Below, one piece after another: positions 1-13,095 of a DNA stretch of 61,894 bases. Position 1 is the stretch's first letter, and each line of letters starts with the position of its first letter. The DNA is taken from positions 2,383,326 through 2,445,219 of the forward strand of contig BFEA01000042.1 of NCBI GenBank assembly GCA_003427395.1, in the 5' to 3' direction. This stretch comes from Chara braunii. Taxonomy: Eukaryota; Plantae; Charophyceae. The translations under genes and the position numbers were made by a program. Under the pieces are notes generated by a model. That model was given only the letters and a program-made list of their open reading frames with translations, was not told the DNA's origin and did no database searches.

Positions 1-26
1 CTCTCTCTCTCTCTCTCTATCTCTCA

Positions 27-86
<60 letters not shown>
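1..86. repeat. (CT)n plus (CG)n microsatellite
   Basis: Direct sequence. Confidence 0.95.
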
Positions 87-549
87 TTTCGGAAAACGGT
101 AACGAGAATGGATCTTCACTGCCCCTCATTTGTTATCCTCTTCTCCTTCTTTGCCTACCGTTTACCGGGCAGCTTTCTTTGACTATAGACATATATACAG
201 GGTCACCAACGCAAACGTAGAAAGGTCCCCGGACCGACCTCCGTACGTACGGGCGTTCGGGGTCCCATTCGGGATCCGAACCTGAAGGCATTCGGCCCCT
301 GCCAAAAATTGTTTTAGGGCCTAAAAACAGGTTTTTGATTATGAATTTTTTCTTTGCGTTCTGTATAATGTGAGGTACATGCATGTCAATTATGAAGTCA
401 TTTTGCTAAGCCAGACAAAAATTAAAAATCGCCAAAAATGGCGGCGTCAAAACCTGCTCGCCCACTCACTATTTTGTTTTTTTCACTTTTTACTTTTTGT
501 TTTCACTTTATTATGCAGCCTAAACAATTTTATTATTTTTTGAAACTTT

Positions 550-1841
550 TGTAATGAACCCAGTCTGATAGATACTCATCAGTCGTCGAACACCAGTAGT
601 CTCGGTATTTGCAGCATAATCTCCAATTATCGTGATATAATATCTGAAATAGTATCTCATTACCATTAGACAAAGAGAGTGGAAGGGGATTAGACAGAGG
701 AGAACGTGGGAGAGATGATGAATGATCACTCAAGAATAATCCAAACAAACCCCACTCCTTCGCTGAGCTTCTTCCTCCTCCACGTTATCAACAAGTATAT
801 GATAATAAGTATGATAATCCTGATCACACATTAGTGCCATGTGCCACTCTCTTCTCATGAAAACCATGAAGAGTTTGCAGAATACAGTGACGACGTCAAC
901 CTCAGGTGAGTATACTATCCCAATCATCCACGGATCCTGATATTCCTCCTTCACGCAACCAGTCACGGTGTAGAAAGTGTGGACAATGCCACGTCAGCAG
1001 TCGAGACAGGTGGCATGCGCCACATCATAAAAGAAGACCAGAGGCAACGCCACATTAGCATGCCATGCAGACTAGAGGCGACACCTTATCGGCATGCAAT
1101 GTAGACCAGAGGTAGCGCCACATCAACATGCAATGTAGACCAGAGGCAACACCACATTAGCATGGAATGTAGACCAGAGGCAGTGCCACATCGGCATGTA
1201 ATGTAGACTAGAGGTAGTCCCACATCAGCATGCAATGTAGACCAGAGGTAGTGCCACATCAACATGCAATGTAGACATGAGGCAGCGCCACATCAGCATG
1301 CAATGTAAGCGCTACATCATCATGCCTGACGCGCAATGCAAAACGCGCCAGCATGCCGTCGTTTTCGTCCACAGTGTCTACACTCACCCAGTGTTCAGCC
1401 AGCGTCTGACCAACATCAATGTTAGTGTCTGGTCGAAGTGAAGCCAAAGTTCAAGCAGCATAGCAAGACTGAATGTTGAACACGTCGATGCCAGCCTTTA
1501 AGTAGTATTTGACGAGGTTGTATGGCCTCGGGTCCTGTCCCCTCAGTCGTCCAGATTGCCTCATAGCCGAGGTACCCGATTGTGTACAGTTGCAGACTTC
1601 CCCTTGGACATGATGTTGTCTGGGTACCTGCATACAAACAAGTGTGTGTGCTTGACCGGCGGCCTGGGTTGGGTACCTTTGGACTTTGATTGTTCGTGTG
1701 ATGATAGTTGACAAAAGTCAACTTTCACACGCCGAGGCCCCGAATTCTCGTGTGGGGTCTCTTTCCCCCGTTTTGGCCTAGGCTGAGGGCAACCAAGTAG
1801 GCCCTCATATTTCCACGAAACATATGGCATAGGTTATTGCA
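550..1841 (-). repeat. 3' LTR of element A, with a 34-bp tandem repeat at ~1030-1310
   Basis: Homologous to 18925-20119; TG..CA ends; unit ATGTAGACCAGAGGCAGCGCCACATCAGCATGCA. Confidence 0.85.
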
Positions 1842-1883
1842 TTCCTATCGGCCGACTTTTTGAGTTTCACCGCAGAAAACACA

Positions 1884-3300
1884 TCAATTCTCATTTAGCC
1901 CACATTCATATGCAACAACAATGTCAAGATTAGTAGGTAGGAGTTCTTTCCTACTGAACCATCTGCCTTCAAATGGAGGTTGGGACTTGAACTTTACCTT
2001 ATACTGCTTTTGAGGTCTTCTTCTGCCACTTGTAAAAAAAAAAACATGTTCCTGTATTTTTTCAACTTCATAACCTCCATTTATTGAGGATGGAAACATA
2101 GACGGCCTATTCGGGAAGTGATCACCTTCTACATAGGGCAGCAACTTAGACGCGTGAAAGATAGGGTATGTCCTTAGGTGTGGACGTATATCGATGCAAT
2201 AGGAAGGTTCGTCTGCATCTCCAATCACCTTGAGAACTTCCCAGGGGCCATAGTAGACATGTAGCAGTTTCTGAGACACATTTTCTTGTAAGGAAAACTC
2301 TTTCGACTTAACCCACACAAGATCTTTTTCTTGAAATTGTGAAGGACAACGATGTTTATTGGCTTGTTCAATCATTTGCAGTTGGGCTCTCTGTGTGTTT
2401 CCTTTCACCTTTTTAATGTATTATTCATACAAAACTGCGAATTCAAGCGTACCTTGGGGTAGCCTCTGAATCTGGTCCATTGTCAATGCGTCAATGGGAT
2501 GCCTTGGCTTCCATCCTTTATGCAGTGCATTAGACGTTCTACCTGTAACAGTATGTATGTTGTTATTATAGGCACTAGCAATTTTAGGCACGTTCTCATC
2601 TCAATCTATCTGATCAGGTCGAACATATATTCGCAAAAGTTCTTGGCAAAGACGATTCATTAAATTTTGCTCAGTTTGACCATTCGTTTCAGGATGTCTG
2701 CCTGGCGACATGGTCAACCTGGTCTCATAGGCTTCCATCAACTTTTGTCATTGTAGACTAGTGAACTAAACATCTCTATCGGAAACGATGGTGTTTGAGA
2801 CTCCATATTCAAAGACCCATCACATCTGGAATTTTTTGATGACTAGCCCGGTTCTAGCTTCAGCAAGTAAATGAATGAATATAACATACTTAGAGAATCT
2901 ATCTACGATGATCATTACCTGACTGTTGTCATTCCGGCTTTCAGTGAGACTCATAAAGTCAATATGAATAGACTCAACTGGCTCACTTGGAATAGGCAGC
3001 AGTCTCAACAGTCCAATCAAATTCTCATGTAAGAGTTTGTTTCGTTGACAGACAAGACAAGTCTGCACATAGGATAGTACACCTTCCTTCATTCCTTTCC
3101 ATTTAAAACGTTCTCGCACATTGGCATACGTCCTCTTAAAACCAGAGTGACCTTTTGTATCATGACATTCCCCAATGATTACACTCTTGATTAGTTCTTG
3201 ATGAGGAATACACAATCTTTCTTTGGTTTGATCCAAATAGAAGAGTAAATCATCAGACATTCGATATTCAGGGAATAATTCACGGTTCTTTTGTAAATTC
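1884..3300 (-). pseudogene. Integrase with C-terminal chromodomain (element A), disrupted
   Basis: HDTKGH...CLVCQ zinc finger; IHIDF/IVDRFSKY core; YYGPWEV; FHASKLLPY; YEVEKIQEH...QYKVKFK chromodomain; stops and frameshifts. Confidence 0.9.
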
Positions 3301-3377
3301 TCAACGATGGGACTCCAAATAGGATCACTCTCATAACCCTTGCGAATTTGTTCTTTTAGTCTGTTCCCGATATCGAG

Positions 3378-3944
3378 TTAAGAGATGATGGTTCCAAAGA
3401 TATTTGCACGCTTGGACAATGCGTCTGCAACCACGTTAAAATTTCCTTTGATTGTTTTCACATCAAAATCAAAGGTATCACGGAAGAGAAAGCATCTTAC
3501 CAATTTGTCAGAGAGTCTACGCTGAATCTTGATCCACTTTAAAGTACAGTGATCAAAATAGACAGTGAAATGTCTCCCTAACAAGTAATGTTTCGAGATG
3601 TTTAGTTCAACAACTAAGGCGTACAATTCTCTTTCATATGTGGAGTTAGCCATTTTCTCTGACGGAAGTTTTTTGGGCATAAACTCGATAGGTTTATATC
3701 CCTTACCGTCGTCTTGCTGTAACACAACCCCAATCCCATACCGACTTGTGTAAGTCGTGACAATGAAAGGCAGAGAAGGGTGATCAATTTTTAAGACAGG
3801 ATAGTGAGTCTGAACATATTTTAACTTTCTAAGCGATGACTCACAATCTTTGTCCCACAACCAAGGTTTTTTCTTTTTCAGCAGTCTTCTTATAGGGGCA
3901 GCTATCAAGGAGAAGTTTCTAAATAACTTCCTATAGTAGCTCAC
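3378..3944 (-). pseudogene. RT connection/RNase H (element A)
   Basis: PFIVTTYTSRYGIGVVLQQ, YERELYALV, NVVADALS. Confidence 0.9.
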
Positions 3945-3949
3945 GAGTT

Positions 3950-4820
3950 CTAGAAAAGATCTTAGTTAAGTTATAGTTTTAGGTTATGGTCAATTTTGGA
4001 TTGTTGTAATCGTCTTTTCTTCAGGCCTTAGTCCTTCCTCGTTCACTATATACCCTAAGTATAAGACTCCAAGCTTAGCAAACTCAGGCTTCTTCGGATT
4101 TGGTTTGAAGTTGCCATCGCGCAACTTCTACAAAACCATTTGTAGGTGTTTCTCGTGATCTTCTAATGTCGTACCATACACTAGAATGTCATCAAGATAG
4201 ACTACTACGAATTGATCAAGTCATTGACGGAACAGTTCGTTCATTGACCTTTAGAAGGTCGCAGACACATTGGTCAAACTGAAAGGCATAACCACGAACT
4301 CGTAGTGACCATACCTAGTTCGGAATGTCGTCCTATGTTGACCTTCAAGAGCCACCTCAATTTGGTGGTACCCTGACTTCAGATCATTCTTGTTGAAGTA
4401 CCTGTAACCTTGCGACTGATTCAACATATCGTCAATGCGCGATAGTGGTTCCGCGTTTTTAACACTGACGAAGTTCAACCCGCGGTAATCTATACATAGA
4501 CGGAGTTCGCCTTCTTTTTTGGACACGAATAAGACAAGCGCATCATAAGGAGATGGATTAGGGTGAATTCATTATTTATCAGTAAGTTTTTGCAGTTGCT
4601 TCTAAAGTTCCTCAAGTTACCTGGGAGACATTCGATAGATGAGACCCTTGAGAATCTTGTCTTTGAGAATAATCTCAATCGTGTGCTTAATAGCACGCTC
4701 AGTAATGCTAATCAGCTCAGTCTGCAAGTCCTTATACTCGTCAAAAATTTTCTCCATAAAAGGTGGATAAGATGAGAAACACTCACCGACTCGCTTGACA
4801 AACATCATTATCACCTCATG
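3950..4820 (-). pseudogene. Reverse transcriptase (element A), disrupted
   Basis: [39 protein letters not shown]; VVYLDDI at ~4186-4205. Confidence 0.92.
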
Positions 4821-4829
4821 ATTCCATAC

Positions 4830-6285
4830 GTGGTCAACGACACTTCGAATCTTCGCTGAAACTATGTCAAAACTCGAGATCTTTCAGCATTTTTTACGTT
4901 TTCTGAAGTAGAGTTTCAACGATTTTAGATGTGCTGAAAATGTGGAATACCTCTACGTTGAATCAATCTTAAAAATGTCCAGTTTTTGCCCCCCCGTCTG
5001 AGTGTATAGAAACGCTGAAGATTCTGAAGATTCTGAAGTGGTGAAATTGCTGAAAATTTAAAGTAAACTCCCCTCTGTCCGAGTGTGTAGGAACGCTGAA
5101 GATTATGAAAATTATGAAGTGGTTGAAACGTTGAAAATTTTGAACCCCCCCCCTCCCCCTTCTCCCCCTGTTTTGTTTTTCTAAGGGGGGGGAGTTCCGA
5201 ATCTTCAGCGTTTTCACCACTTTATAATTTTCATAATCTCCAGCGTTCACCCCCCTGTTTGAGTATGTAGAAATGCAGAAGATTCTAAATATTCTGAAGT
5301 GGTGAAGATGCTAAAAATTCTGAAGTACACCCCCCTCTGTCCGAGTGTATAGAAACACGCTGAAGATTATGAAAATTGTGAAGTGGTGGAAACACTGAGG
5401 ATTCCGAACCACCCTCTTCTCCCTGTTTTGTTTTTTTAAGGGGGGGTGTTCCGAATCTTCAGCGTTTTCACCACTTCAGAATTTTCATAATCTTCAGCGT
5501 TCGCCCCTTTGTACAAGTGTGTAGAAACGCTAAAGATTTTGAACATTCCGCAGTGGTGAAGATGCTGAAAATTATGAAGTGCACCTCCCTCTGTCCGAGT
5601 GTGTAGGAATGTTGAAGATTCTGAAAATTGTTAAGTGGTAGAAACGCTAAAGATTTTGACCCCCCCCCCTCTCCCCCTGTTTTGTTTTTTTTAAGCGAGG
5701 GGGTTACGAATCTTCAGCGTTTTCACCACTTCATAAGTTTCAGAATCTTCAGCGTTCACCCCCCTGTCTAAGTTTATAGAAACGTTGAAGATTCTGAAGT
5801 GGTGAAAATGCTGAAAATTCTGAAGTACATCCCCCTCTGCCTGAGTGTATAGGAACATTGAAGATTCTGAAAATTGTGAAGTGGTGGAAACACTGAAGAT
5901 TCCGACCCCCCCCCCCCCCCTCCTCCCCCCGTTTTGTTTTTGTAAAAGGGAGGTTCCGAATCTTCAGCGAATTCACCACTTCAAAATTTTTAGAATCTTT
6001 AGCATTCGCCATCTTCTGCAAGTGTGTAGAACGCTGAAGATTTTGAAGATTCTGAAGTGGTGAAGATGCTGAAAATTTTGAAGTATACACCCCCTTGTCC
6101 GAGTATGTAGGAACGGTGAAGATTGTGAAAATTCTAAAGTGGTGAAAACGTTGAAGATTCTGAACCGCCCCCCCCCCTCCCTCCCTTCTTCCCCTGCACT
6201 CTATGCGAGTGTCTGTGCCCAACAATGTATAAAAGTTGAACGTTCAAACTATAAATGTTGAATATTAGTATGTCCGTTAACCTTC
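4830..6285. mobile_element. Non-coding insertion in pol made of ~5 x ~255-bp units, each with an internal inverted repeat
   Basis: Separates protease from RT; GAACGCTGAAGATT...AAGTGG recurs in both orientations; weak TIR-like ends (GGTCAACGACAC / ATGTCCGTTAACC); boundaries approximate. Confidence 0.7.
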
Positions 6286-6289
6286 ACTC

Positions 6290-6800
6290 CCTGATCCAAC
6301 TTCATCTTAATTACCATCGAACGAAAAGTTGGGTAACTCATATAGCAGAAAGACAGAGTAGAGTTAGAATAAGACCTATGATATAACTTCATCACTCGGG
6401 TTTTATATTTTTCGTCCTTGAGTTTGACAATCTTATCTTTGAACTTAACTTCTAGGTCGGTTTCCTCATGCCAATCCATACCAGAATCATGTCAAAGGGT
6501 ATTTTTTTCTTTATTAGGAAGGATACTTCGTGTAAATTTTTTTTTCGTTCCTTTGTCCTAGAATAATACTTGACACGATCGACGTATTGAGAGACAGTGA
6601 TCGTGCTCTTGTCAGCCAGTATAGACGTGATAGGTCGAGGTAAGTCTTTTGCCTTGAAGTTCATTCCCAGATGCAATTTGCGAATTGCCTTCTCTGAGAT
6701 ATAAGACCGCGTCGATCCTGGATCTAACAGTGCACCAATTCGCGTGTGTGTAATCCCAATTTCCGCGATCATTAACTCACCCTTAGAATTAACTTTCTTC
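6290..6800 (-). pseudogene. Aspartic protease (element A)
   Basis: GALLDPGSTRSYISE ... FDMIL(G)MDW. Confidence 0.85.
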
Positions 6801-7049
6801 GTCCAGAACTCTGGAGTGCTATAAGTTCATTGTCGAGCTCGTCAAGGGAATCGTCCAGTGAGACAGAAAAGTGTACAATATGAGAGTGTTATAGACGACG
6901 GGCGGAAGAAGAGTCATCCTCTGCCTTTTGAGTCGAAGGGGTAAAAGGGATTCTAGGCGCCTTACCTTTGTCTTCGTTTAAACCCTTCGACTCAGTAGGA
7001 GCATATGCCACTCCTTCTAACTGCTCGCTTTTGGGTTCGTGATAAGTGG

Positions 7050-8638
7050 GTATCAGGCTATCACATGACCCACGGTGCCATACTTGAGGCATTGGCGATT
7101 GTCAATTTTGGATTGCTATTCCTCACGTGTCATGTTCATTTTCTCCCAAGGCTTCCCAAACACAATGTCGGGATGCTCAGAAAACGAGCGTGATCTTTTC
7201 TTCTTCTTCCATTGACTTTGGCCTCCCTTGTTGGCCATCACGGCTGTGACATCGTCCTTCCCAGATTCACTGTCGTTCTTACCTCCTCTTCCCTTAGACT
7301 CGTCGAGGGGTAACTTCTCTACGGTATCATCGTCAAACACAACAAGCATATGCTCCTGACGCTTTTGTCACCAAAGGACCCGCTTCCCATATCCACCAAC
7401 CGGTTTTGACTTCACTACCGAAGCGTACGTATCTTTAACCTGTGCGGTCATCTGCTCCCTTTAGAGAGCAAGATCGCGAAACTGCGGATAGTTTTACTTT
7501 TCAGACTTGGCTTCTGCCACGAGCTGTCCACGAATAGGCTCAGGTAGTGCACGTGAGTATATGTACAGGACCTGGTTGTCCTGTAAGTTTAACCCAGGTA
7601 CCTGCAAACGACGATCATCCTCACAAGACAGTGCATCAACTGAAGACCAACACTTTTTCCTGATTGTGGTGAGTCCGTCAAAGACCTTGTTGGCTGTCAT
7701 TTTGTCGAGAAATCTCTCCTTAATCTTTGGGAGAAATTGTCTCAACGTCAGGGTCTTAGCGCACTCACCTATGTCTTCGAAGCCAGCGACATTGGCCTCG
7801 GACAATACTCATTCCTTAGCCACTCCTCCCAGACATGATATGGAGAATGCGACCCGACTCTCAGGCTCAACGGTGACAACGGATGCAGTCCCACAATAAG
7901 TCTGGTTCTTCTTTCTTTTTGTTGTTGTATGTGAATGACAATTTCATTTTGACATTTTATTTCTTGAATTGTCTTCTTTGGTTTTTCGACTTCTTTTACC
8001 GGTTCTTTTTTTTTTTCGGTGGGTGCTTCCTTCTTTTCTGTCGATTCTCGAGATTCTTTCTTCGAGGGTCCGGGTTTGTCTGACGTTATAGCATATTTCA
8101 TGAGTTTCTCTTGAGGTGGTTTCCTTTCTCCTTCCCCCTTCCTCTCCTCCTCAACACTCACCTTATCCTTACCTTTTATTAGTTTCATCATAGTTTGTAA
8201 TGAGACAGTGTCAGCGTATGTCTTCTTCTCAAGGTGAACAAGATAAGTCATGATAGATTGGAATACAGACGAAAGATCAGTCTCGACTTCCTCAAAGTGA
8301 AACCGTTCTCTCATTTCCTCTAACATTTTATCTTGCCGTTATTTCTCTTCTTTTCTCCTTCGGTATTCTTTTATTTTTCTTCTTTCATCTGCCAGAGATT
8401 TCTCTACTTGTCTTATATTTTCCTCCATTATCTCTACGGACAATTCCTTTCTCTCCTCACTTTGTTCTTTTTTCTCTTCTTTCTTTCCCTTTTGGTTCAT
8501 TCTTTCAAACTGCTCAGTGACAAACCGCTCAAGAACATTACGCCCTTGTTTAATGAGTTCCTCGACTCGCTGCCGGTTCTCAACATCTCAACACCAGTTT
8601 TCGCGGCTTGAAGTTCACGTTGAACTGTCTGTGAACGT
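7050..8638 (-). pseudogene. Gag, C-terminal part (element A), disrupted
   Basis: FLPKIKERFLD, LYIYSRALPEPIRGQL; degenerate knuckle CLKYGTVGH near 7065-7095; charged coiled-coil region. Confidence 0.75.
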
Positions 8639-9065
8639 TGTCGAGCGCACGGTGCCCGCTGGGGGAACCTTCTCGGCCGAGTCACACAGGATTGGCAGAA
8701 TTCGCATGTCGCTTCACGAAAAGAGAAACGGTGGAGCCGCTCCGACCGAGTGTGACAATTATACCTCCATCGAGTCCTTACGACAGGACAGGGTCTCGCG
8801 AGGTACAACTTACCGCCACTTGTGGGAGTTGTCACCATTTCTTGGGTGGTTGTATCCCCCCCGAGCTACTGAAGCACACGAGAAAGTTTTTACTTGCAAT
8901 CGCGGAGGCAGCCCAACTGAGGGCGTTTCTCGTATGCTGTAGCATAGGGGGTACGCGCGATCCACGCCTAGCTCGGACCCGTACGCGAACTGCCACGCAA
9001 GGGCGCTGATCTCCCACGTCAGATTCAGCGTTGGTCGACTAGGACAGCATAAGTCAACCACGCGA
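8639..9065 (-). ncRNA. Candidate structured RNA motif (U5 end), divergent copy
   Basis: Collinear conserved blocks and compensatory stems relative to 31830-32292 and 50300-50763. Confidence 0.55.
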
Positions 9066-11049
9066 TACGCAACAAAATAAACTAACTTAGACGAACCGTA
9101 CGGATAAGCCTAGTCTGTTTTTCATATGTCATGACCCATAACTCAGAAAAACCTGTGTCTGAGCGAGACCCACACAAAGTTGCATAAAAAGAATGCAACC
9201 GCCAATGGAATCATAATGCTCAGTCATGTGTACTCAATTGATCTGCTATCATGGCGACGCTTCATGCGTTACCCACATCCGCGCACCCTCTCATGGGTTT
9301 CGGGGTTGCGAACGACACTCGGGTGTCGAAAGCATAATATCGTGAAGGATTCTTCCTTCACGATATTGCACCACTGAAGGATAAGTCATGCGGCCCTTGC
9401 GGCGCTCCTGTCTTTTAGGCAGTGGGTGACCACAAACAAGAGGCGTAGGCCCGACTCAATGGGGAAACCCTTTTTGCGTTGAACCAGAGTCTGGGAAGTC
9501 CTGGAGAAGGACCTCAAATTCCAGGCTCACGACCAACATCCGACTTATAATTTAAAAAGAAAAACTTCTTTTGAGATGGGATTTGCTCGTCCCTCCCCTT
9601 GGGGAAGAAAATAAAAGTACTCACGGGTTGGCGAGCAATTCGCCATACCCAAAAACTAAGTTTCGGTCCGATCAAAGGTCGAGCGCTAAACCCTTGCGCT
9701 CGACTACTCCTGCATGTTTGCTAGATGTGTGTTGTAGGAGCAAGATAAGAAAAAGAAAAGGGCGAGTCTCGGGGGAAATCTAGAAGAGAATCATTCTCCC
9801 AGCCATAGTTGAACCCTGTCACTCACACCTTGCACTCATTCATCCATATGACTCTCAATCCTGGAGTGAGTCCTCGCTCCCATACATACCTGCACACACA
9901 TGAAACCCAATAAAAATTTACATCTAATTGCCACAAAATGTGGTCAACCCCTTCGCTCTCAGGTTAATGTCCCACACGCCCCTTTCCGACCCCCACTCAC
10001 AAAGGTGCCCGTTCGATCCATTTCACACAAGTTTTGCATGACCATTCAAGAAAGGTTGCAAGGATAGGTTTTCTTTCATAAAGAAATGTCTTTCATCTAT
10101 AAGGTCACAGACATCTGGGTGTGGGTATCACAGTGGGTACGAGTTGAGTCGCAAACCGACCTGCTATCAGTTTGATAGCCGAAGTTTATGAAGATCAGGA
10201 CTTCGACGAACACTCGTAGATAGCAATGACCTGCGTCACAAAGATCAAGACAGGCATTGCCTGTCGAGTTAACGAAGTTAAACTCCGTATCGCACTCTAA
10301 GCTACTTAGCAGTAGCGTCTGGTAACAATGTGAAAATCCCAAAAATTTCGGCAACATTTCCTTTAGGGAAATGTGCTCTTATAATATTTATTATACTAAA
10401 TCTCAAAGGAAAAACTTGTGACTATGATAATATATGAAAAAAACTAAGTCTTTGGTTTTAGTAGAAATTTTGGCATCACTTCCTTTAGAAAGGAAGACTT
10501 TTATAATTCCTACTGATCCCAAATATTAAACTATATCCTATCCTAGCTGACATCTCTTAAACTTAACTAACTTTAAGTATTTAGCAGGAGTTTTGACAGT
10601 ATCTCCCCTAAGGTTAAGAGGCTCCCATAACTTCTACTAACTCAGAGGCTAGTCAAAGTCATACAAAAAACAGTCATACAAGAAGAGACAATGCAAAAAC
10701 AAAATGCAGATATGTACCTGCCTATCGCTCAAGAATAAGGCGAACACTAACAAACTAACCTATAATGCAGAAGACAAATAAAGTTTGAGCAAAAAGATGA
10801 AGCATTGCCAACAAGCTTGTCATGTCCACTCCGCATTCAATCAATTCAAAACAAAGGTTCGTTCATCCAAAGTTTTCATTTTTCACTTGTTCTGATCACA
10901 AAAAAACATTAGTCATGTATCTTACTTAGTTGATTAACTTTCCAAGTTGTTCTCAGTCAACCCCATGCAATCACTAACACATTTAGTCTGGACTATTCTC
11001 ACAAGGAGAAGAGTCAGACCTTTGTTAACAGACAAAATTGACTGACTTA

Positions 11050-12190
11050 GCAAAGCGACTGGATCGGTCAGGAGGACCTCATCTCCAGCCTCATTTCGAT
11101 GTCTTAAGCAAACAGCAAAGCGACCAGACCAGTCAGGAGGACCTCATCTCCAGCCCCATTTCAATATCTTAGGCAAGCAACAAAGTGACCGGATCAGTCA
11201 GGAGAACCTTATCTGCAACCTCATTTCAATGTCTTAGGCAAACAGCAAAGCGACCGGATCAGTCTGAAGAACCTCATCTTCAACCCCCTTTCAATGTCTT
11301 AGGCAAACAGCAAAGCGACCGGATCATTCTAAAGAACTTCATCTCCAGCCTCATTTCAATATCTTAAGCAAATAGCAAAGCTACCGAATCAGTCTGAATG
11401 GCCTCATCTCCAACCCCATTTCAATGTCTTAGGCAAACAACAAAGTGGTCGGATCAGTCTGAAGAACCTCATCTCCAACCCGCTTTCAACGTCTTAGACA
11501 AACAGCAAAGCGACCGGATCAGTCTGAAGGATCTCATATTCAGCCCCATTTCAATGTCTTATGTAAACAACAAAACGACCGGATCAGTCTGAAGGACCTC
11601 ATCTCCAGCCTCATTTCAACGTCTTAGGCAAAACAGCAAAGCGACCGGATCAGCCTGAAGGACCTCATCTCCAACCCCATTTCAATGTCTTAGGCAAAAC
11701 AGCAAAGTGACCGGATAAGTCAAGAGGACCGTATCTCCAGCCCCATTTCAATGTTTTAGGCAAACAGCAAAGCGACCGGATCAGTCAGGAGGAGGTCATC
11801 TTCAGCCCCATTTCAATGTCTTAGGCAAACAACAAAGCGACTGGATCAGTTAGGAGGACCTCATCTCCGGCCCCAATTCAATATCTTAGGTAAACAATAA
11901 AGCGACCGGATGAGTGTGAGGGACCTCATTTTCAACCCCATTTCAATGTCTTAGGCAAACAGCAAAGCGACCTAATAAGTGAGGAGGACCTCATCTCCAG
12001 CCCCATTTCAATGTCTTATGCAAACAGCAAAGCGACCGGATCAGTCAGGAGGACCTCATCTCCAGCCCCATTTCAATGTTTTAGGCAAACAACAAAGCGA
12101 CCGGATCAGTCAGGAAGACCTCATCTCCATCCCCATTTCAATGTCTTAGGCAAACAGCAAAGCGATCGGATTAGTCTGGATGACCTGATC
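11050..12190. repeat. 65-bp tandem array, ~17-18 copies
   Basis: Unit CAAACAGCAAAGCGACCGGATCAGTCAGGAGGACCTCATCTCCAGCCCCATTTCAATGTCTTAGG. Confidence 0.95.
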
Positions 12191-12789
12191 TCTTGCCCCT
12201 TTTCAGATCATCGCACGCAAAAACTTGCCAAAAATCGTGATTTTTACCACAGACAGATGAATTAACACACATAGTAGCTTCCTTTTTTTATTCGGTTAGA
12301 GTCCTGAAAAAGAAAGCAAACATATATATAAGTCAAAGTCAAACAGACCATAGACCAGGTTTGTATAGATAGCCTAAGATAGGGGTTTATTGGGATTCTA
12401 ATGGTATAGTGTCGGCCTACCTCTGAATTCCTTACCTCCAGAGGCCCGCCTGGGCTCCGACAGAGCTCCCGAAGTTGGTGGGCCAACCTCCCACAAGGCC
12501 TTGATGCAATCCTACGGGTTGCAATCCCGCCTGCCGCCTTCCTCTCCTGACGCAGATTAGACTGAGAGGAAGAAGGATAGAAGGAGAAAGGTGAGACGCT
12601 CGAGGTACGAGAAAGGGCCAACTCAACTCACATGAGAGGGCCTTGGTGCTTTTAGATCCTGAAGGCCCTGCAATGGCAGCCAAAAAGCGGCGTCCACAAT
12701 CAAATTTGTGGCCAGAATGAAGCAAAAAATCTGTCTTTGAAGAAACTGAAGTTGCGGCAACTTCCTAATTAATGTGTTTGACACACCGT

Positions 12790-13095
12790 CCACCAGGTAA
12801 GTCTCCAAGCTTGCTCCTCACGCCACTCCACGCAATCTAATGAGCAATGCACCGTGCAACAGGTAACTCTCCAGTCCGCCGCCGACCTGCTGCAACTTCT
12901 CTCCGACTTTGTGAATAATGCACAGTCCAACAGGTAAGTCTACAGTCCGCTGCTAGTCTTACACCGCTCCCTCAGACTGTGTGAGCATGCACAATCCAAC
13001 AGGTAAGTCCACAGTCCGCTGTTGGTCTTACGCCGCTCCCTCAGACTGTGTGAGCATGCACAATCCAACAGGTAAGTCCACAGTCCGTTGCTGGC
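12790..13095 (+). repeat. ~69-bp tandem repeat containing CAGGTAAGT
   Basis: AACAGGTAA recurs at ~12858, 12929, 12998, 13067. Confidence 0.8.

Noticed and set aside
9085-9110. Group II intron domain V-like CGTACGGTTC on the minus strand
   Set aside because: No pairing GAGCCG arm upstream
11050-12190. CRISPR array or hammerhead multimer
   Set aside because: Head-to-tail units without unique spacers; no CUGANGA...GAAA core
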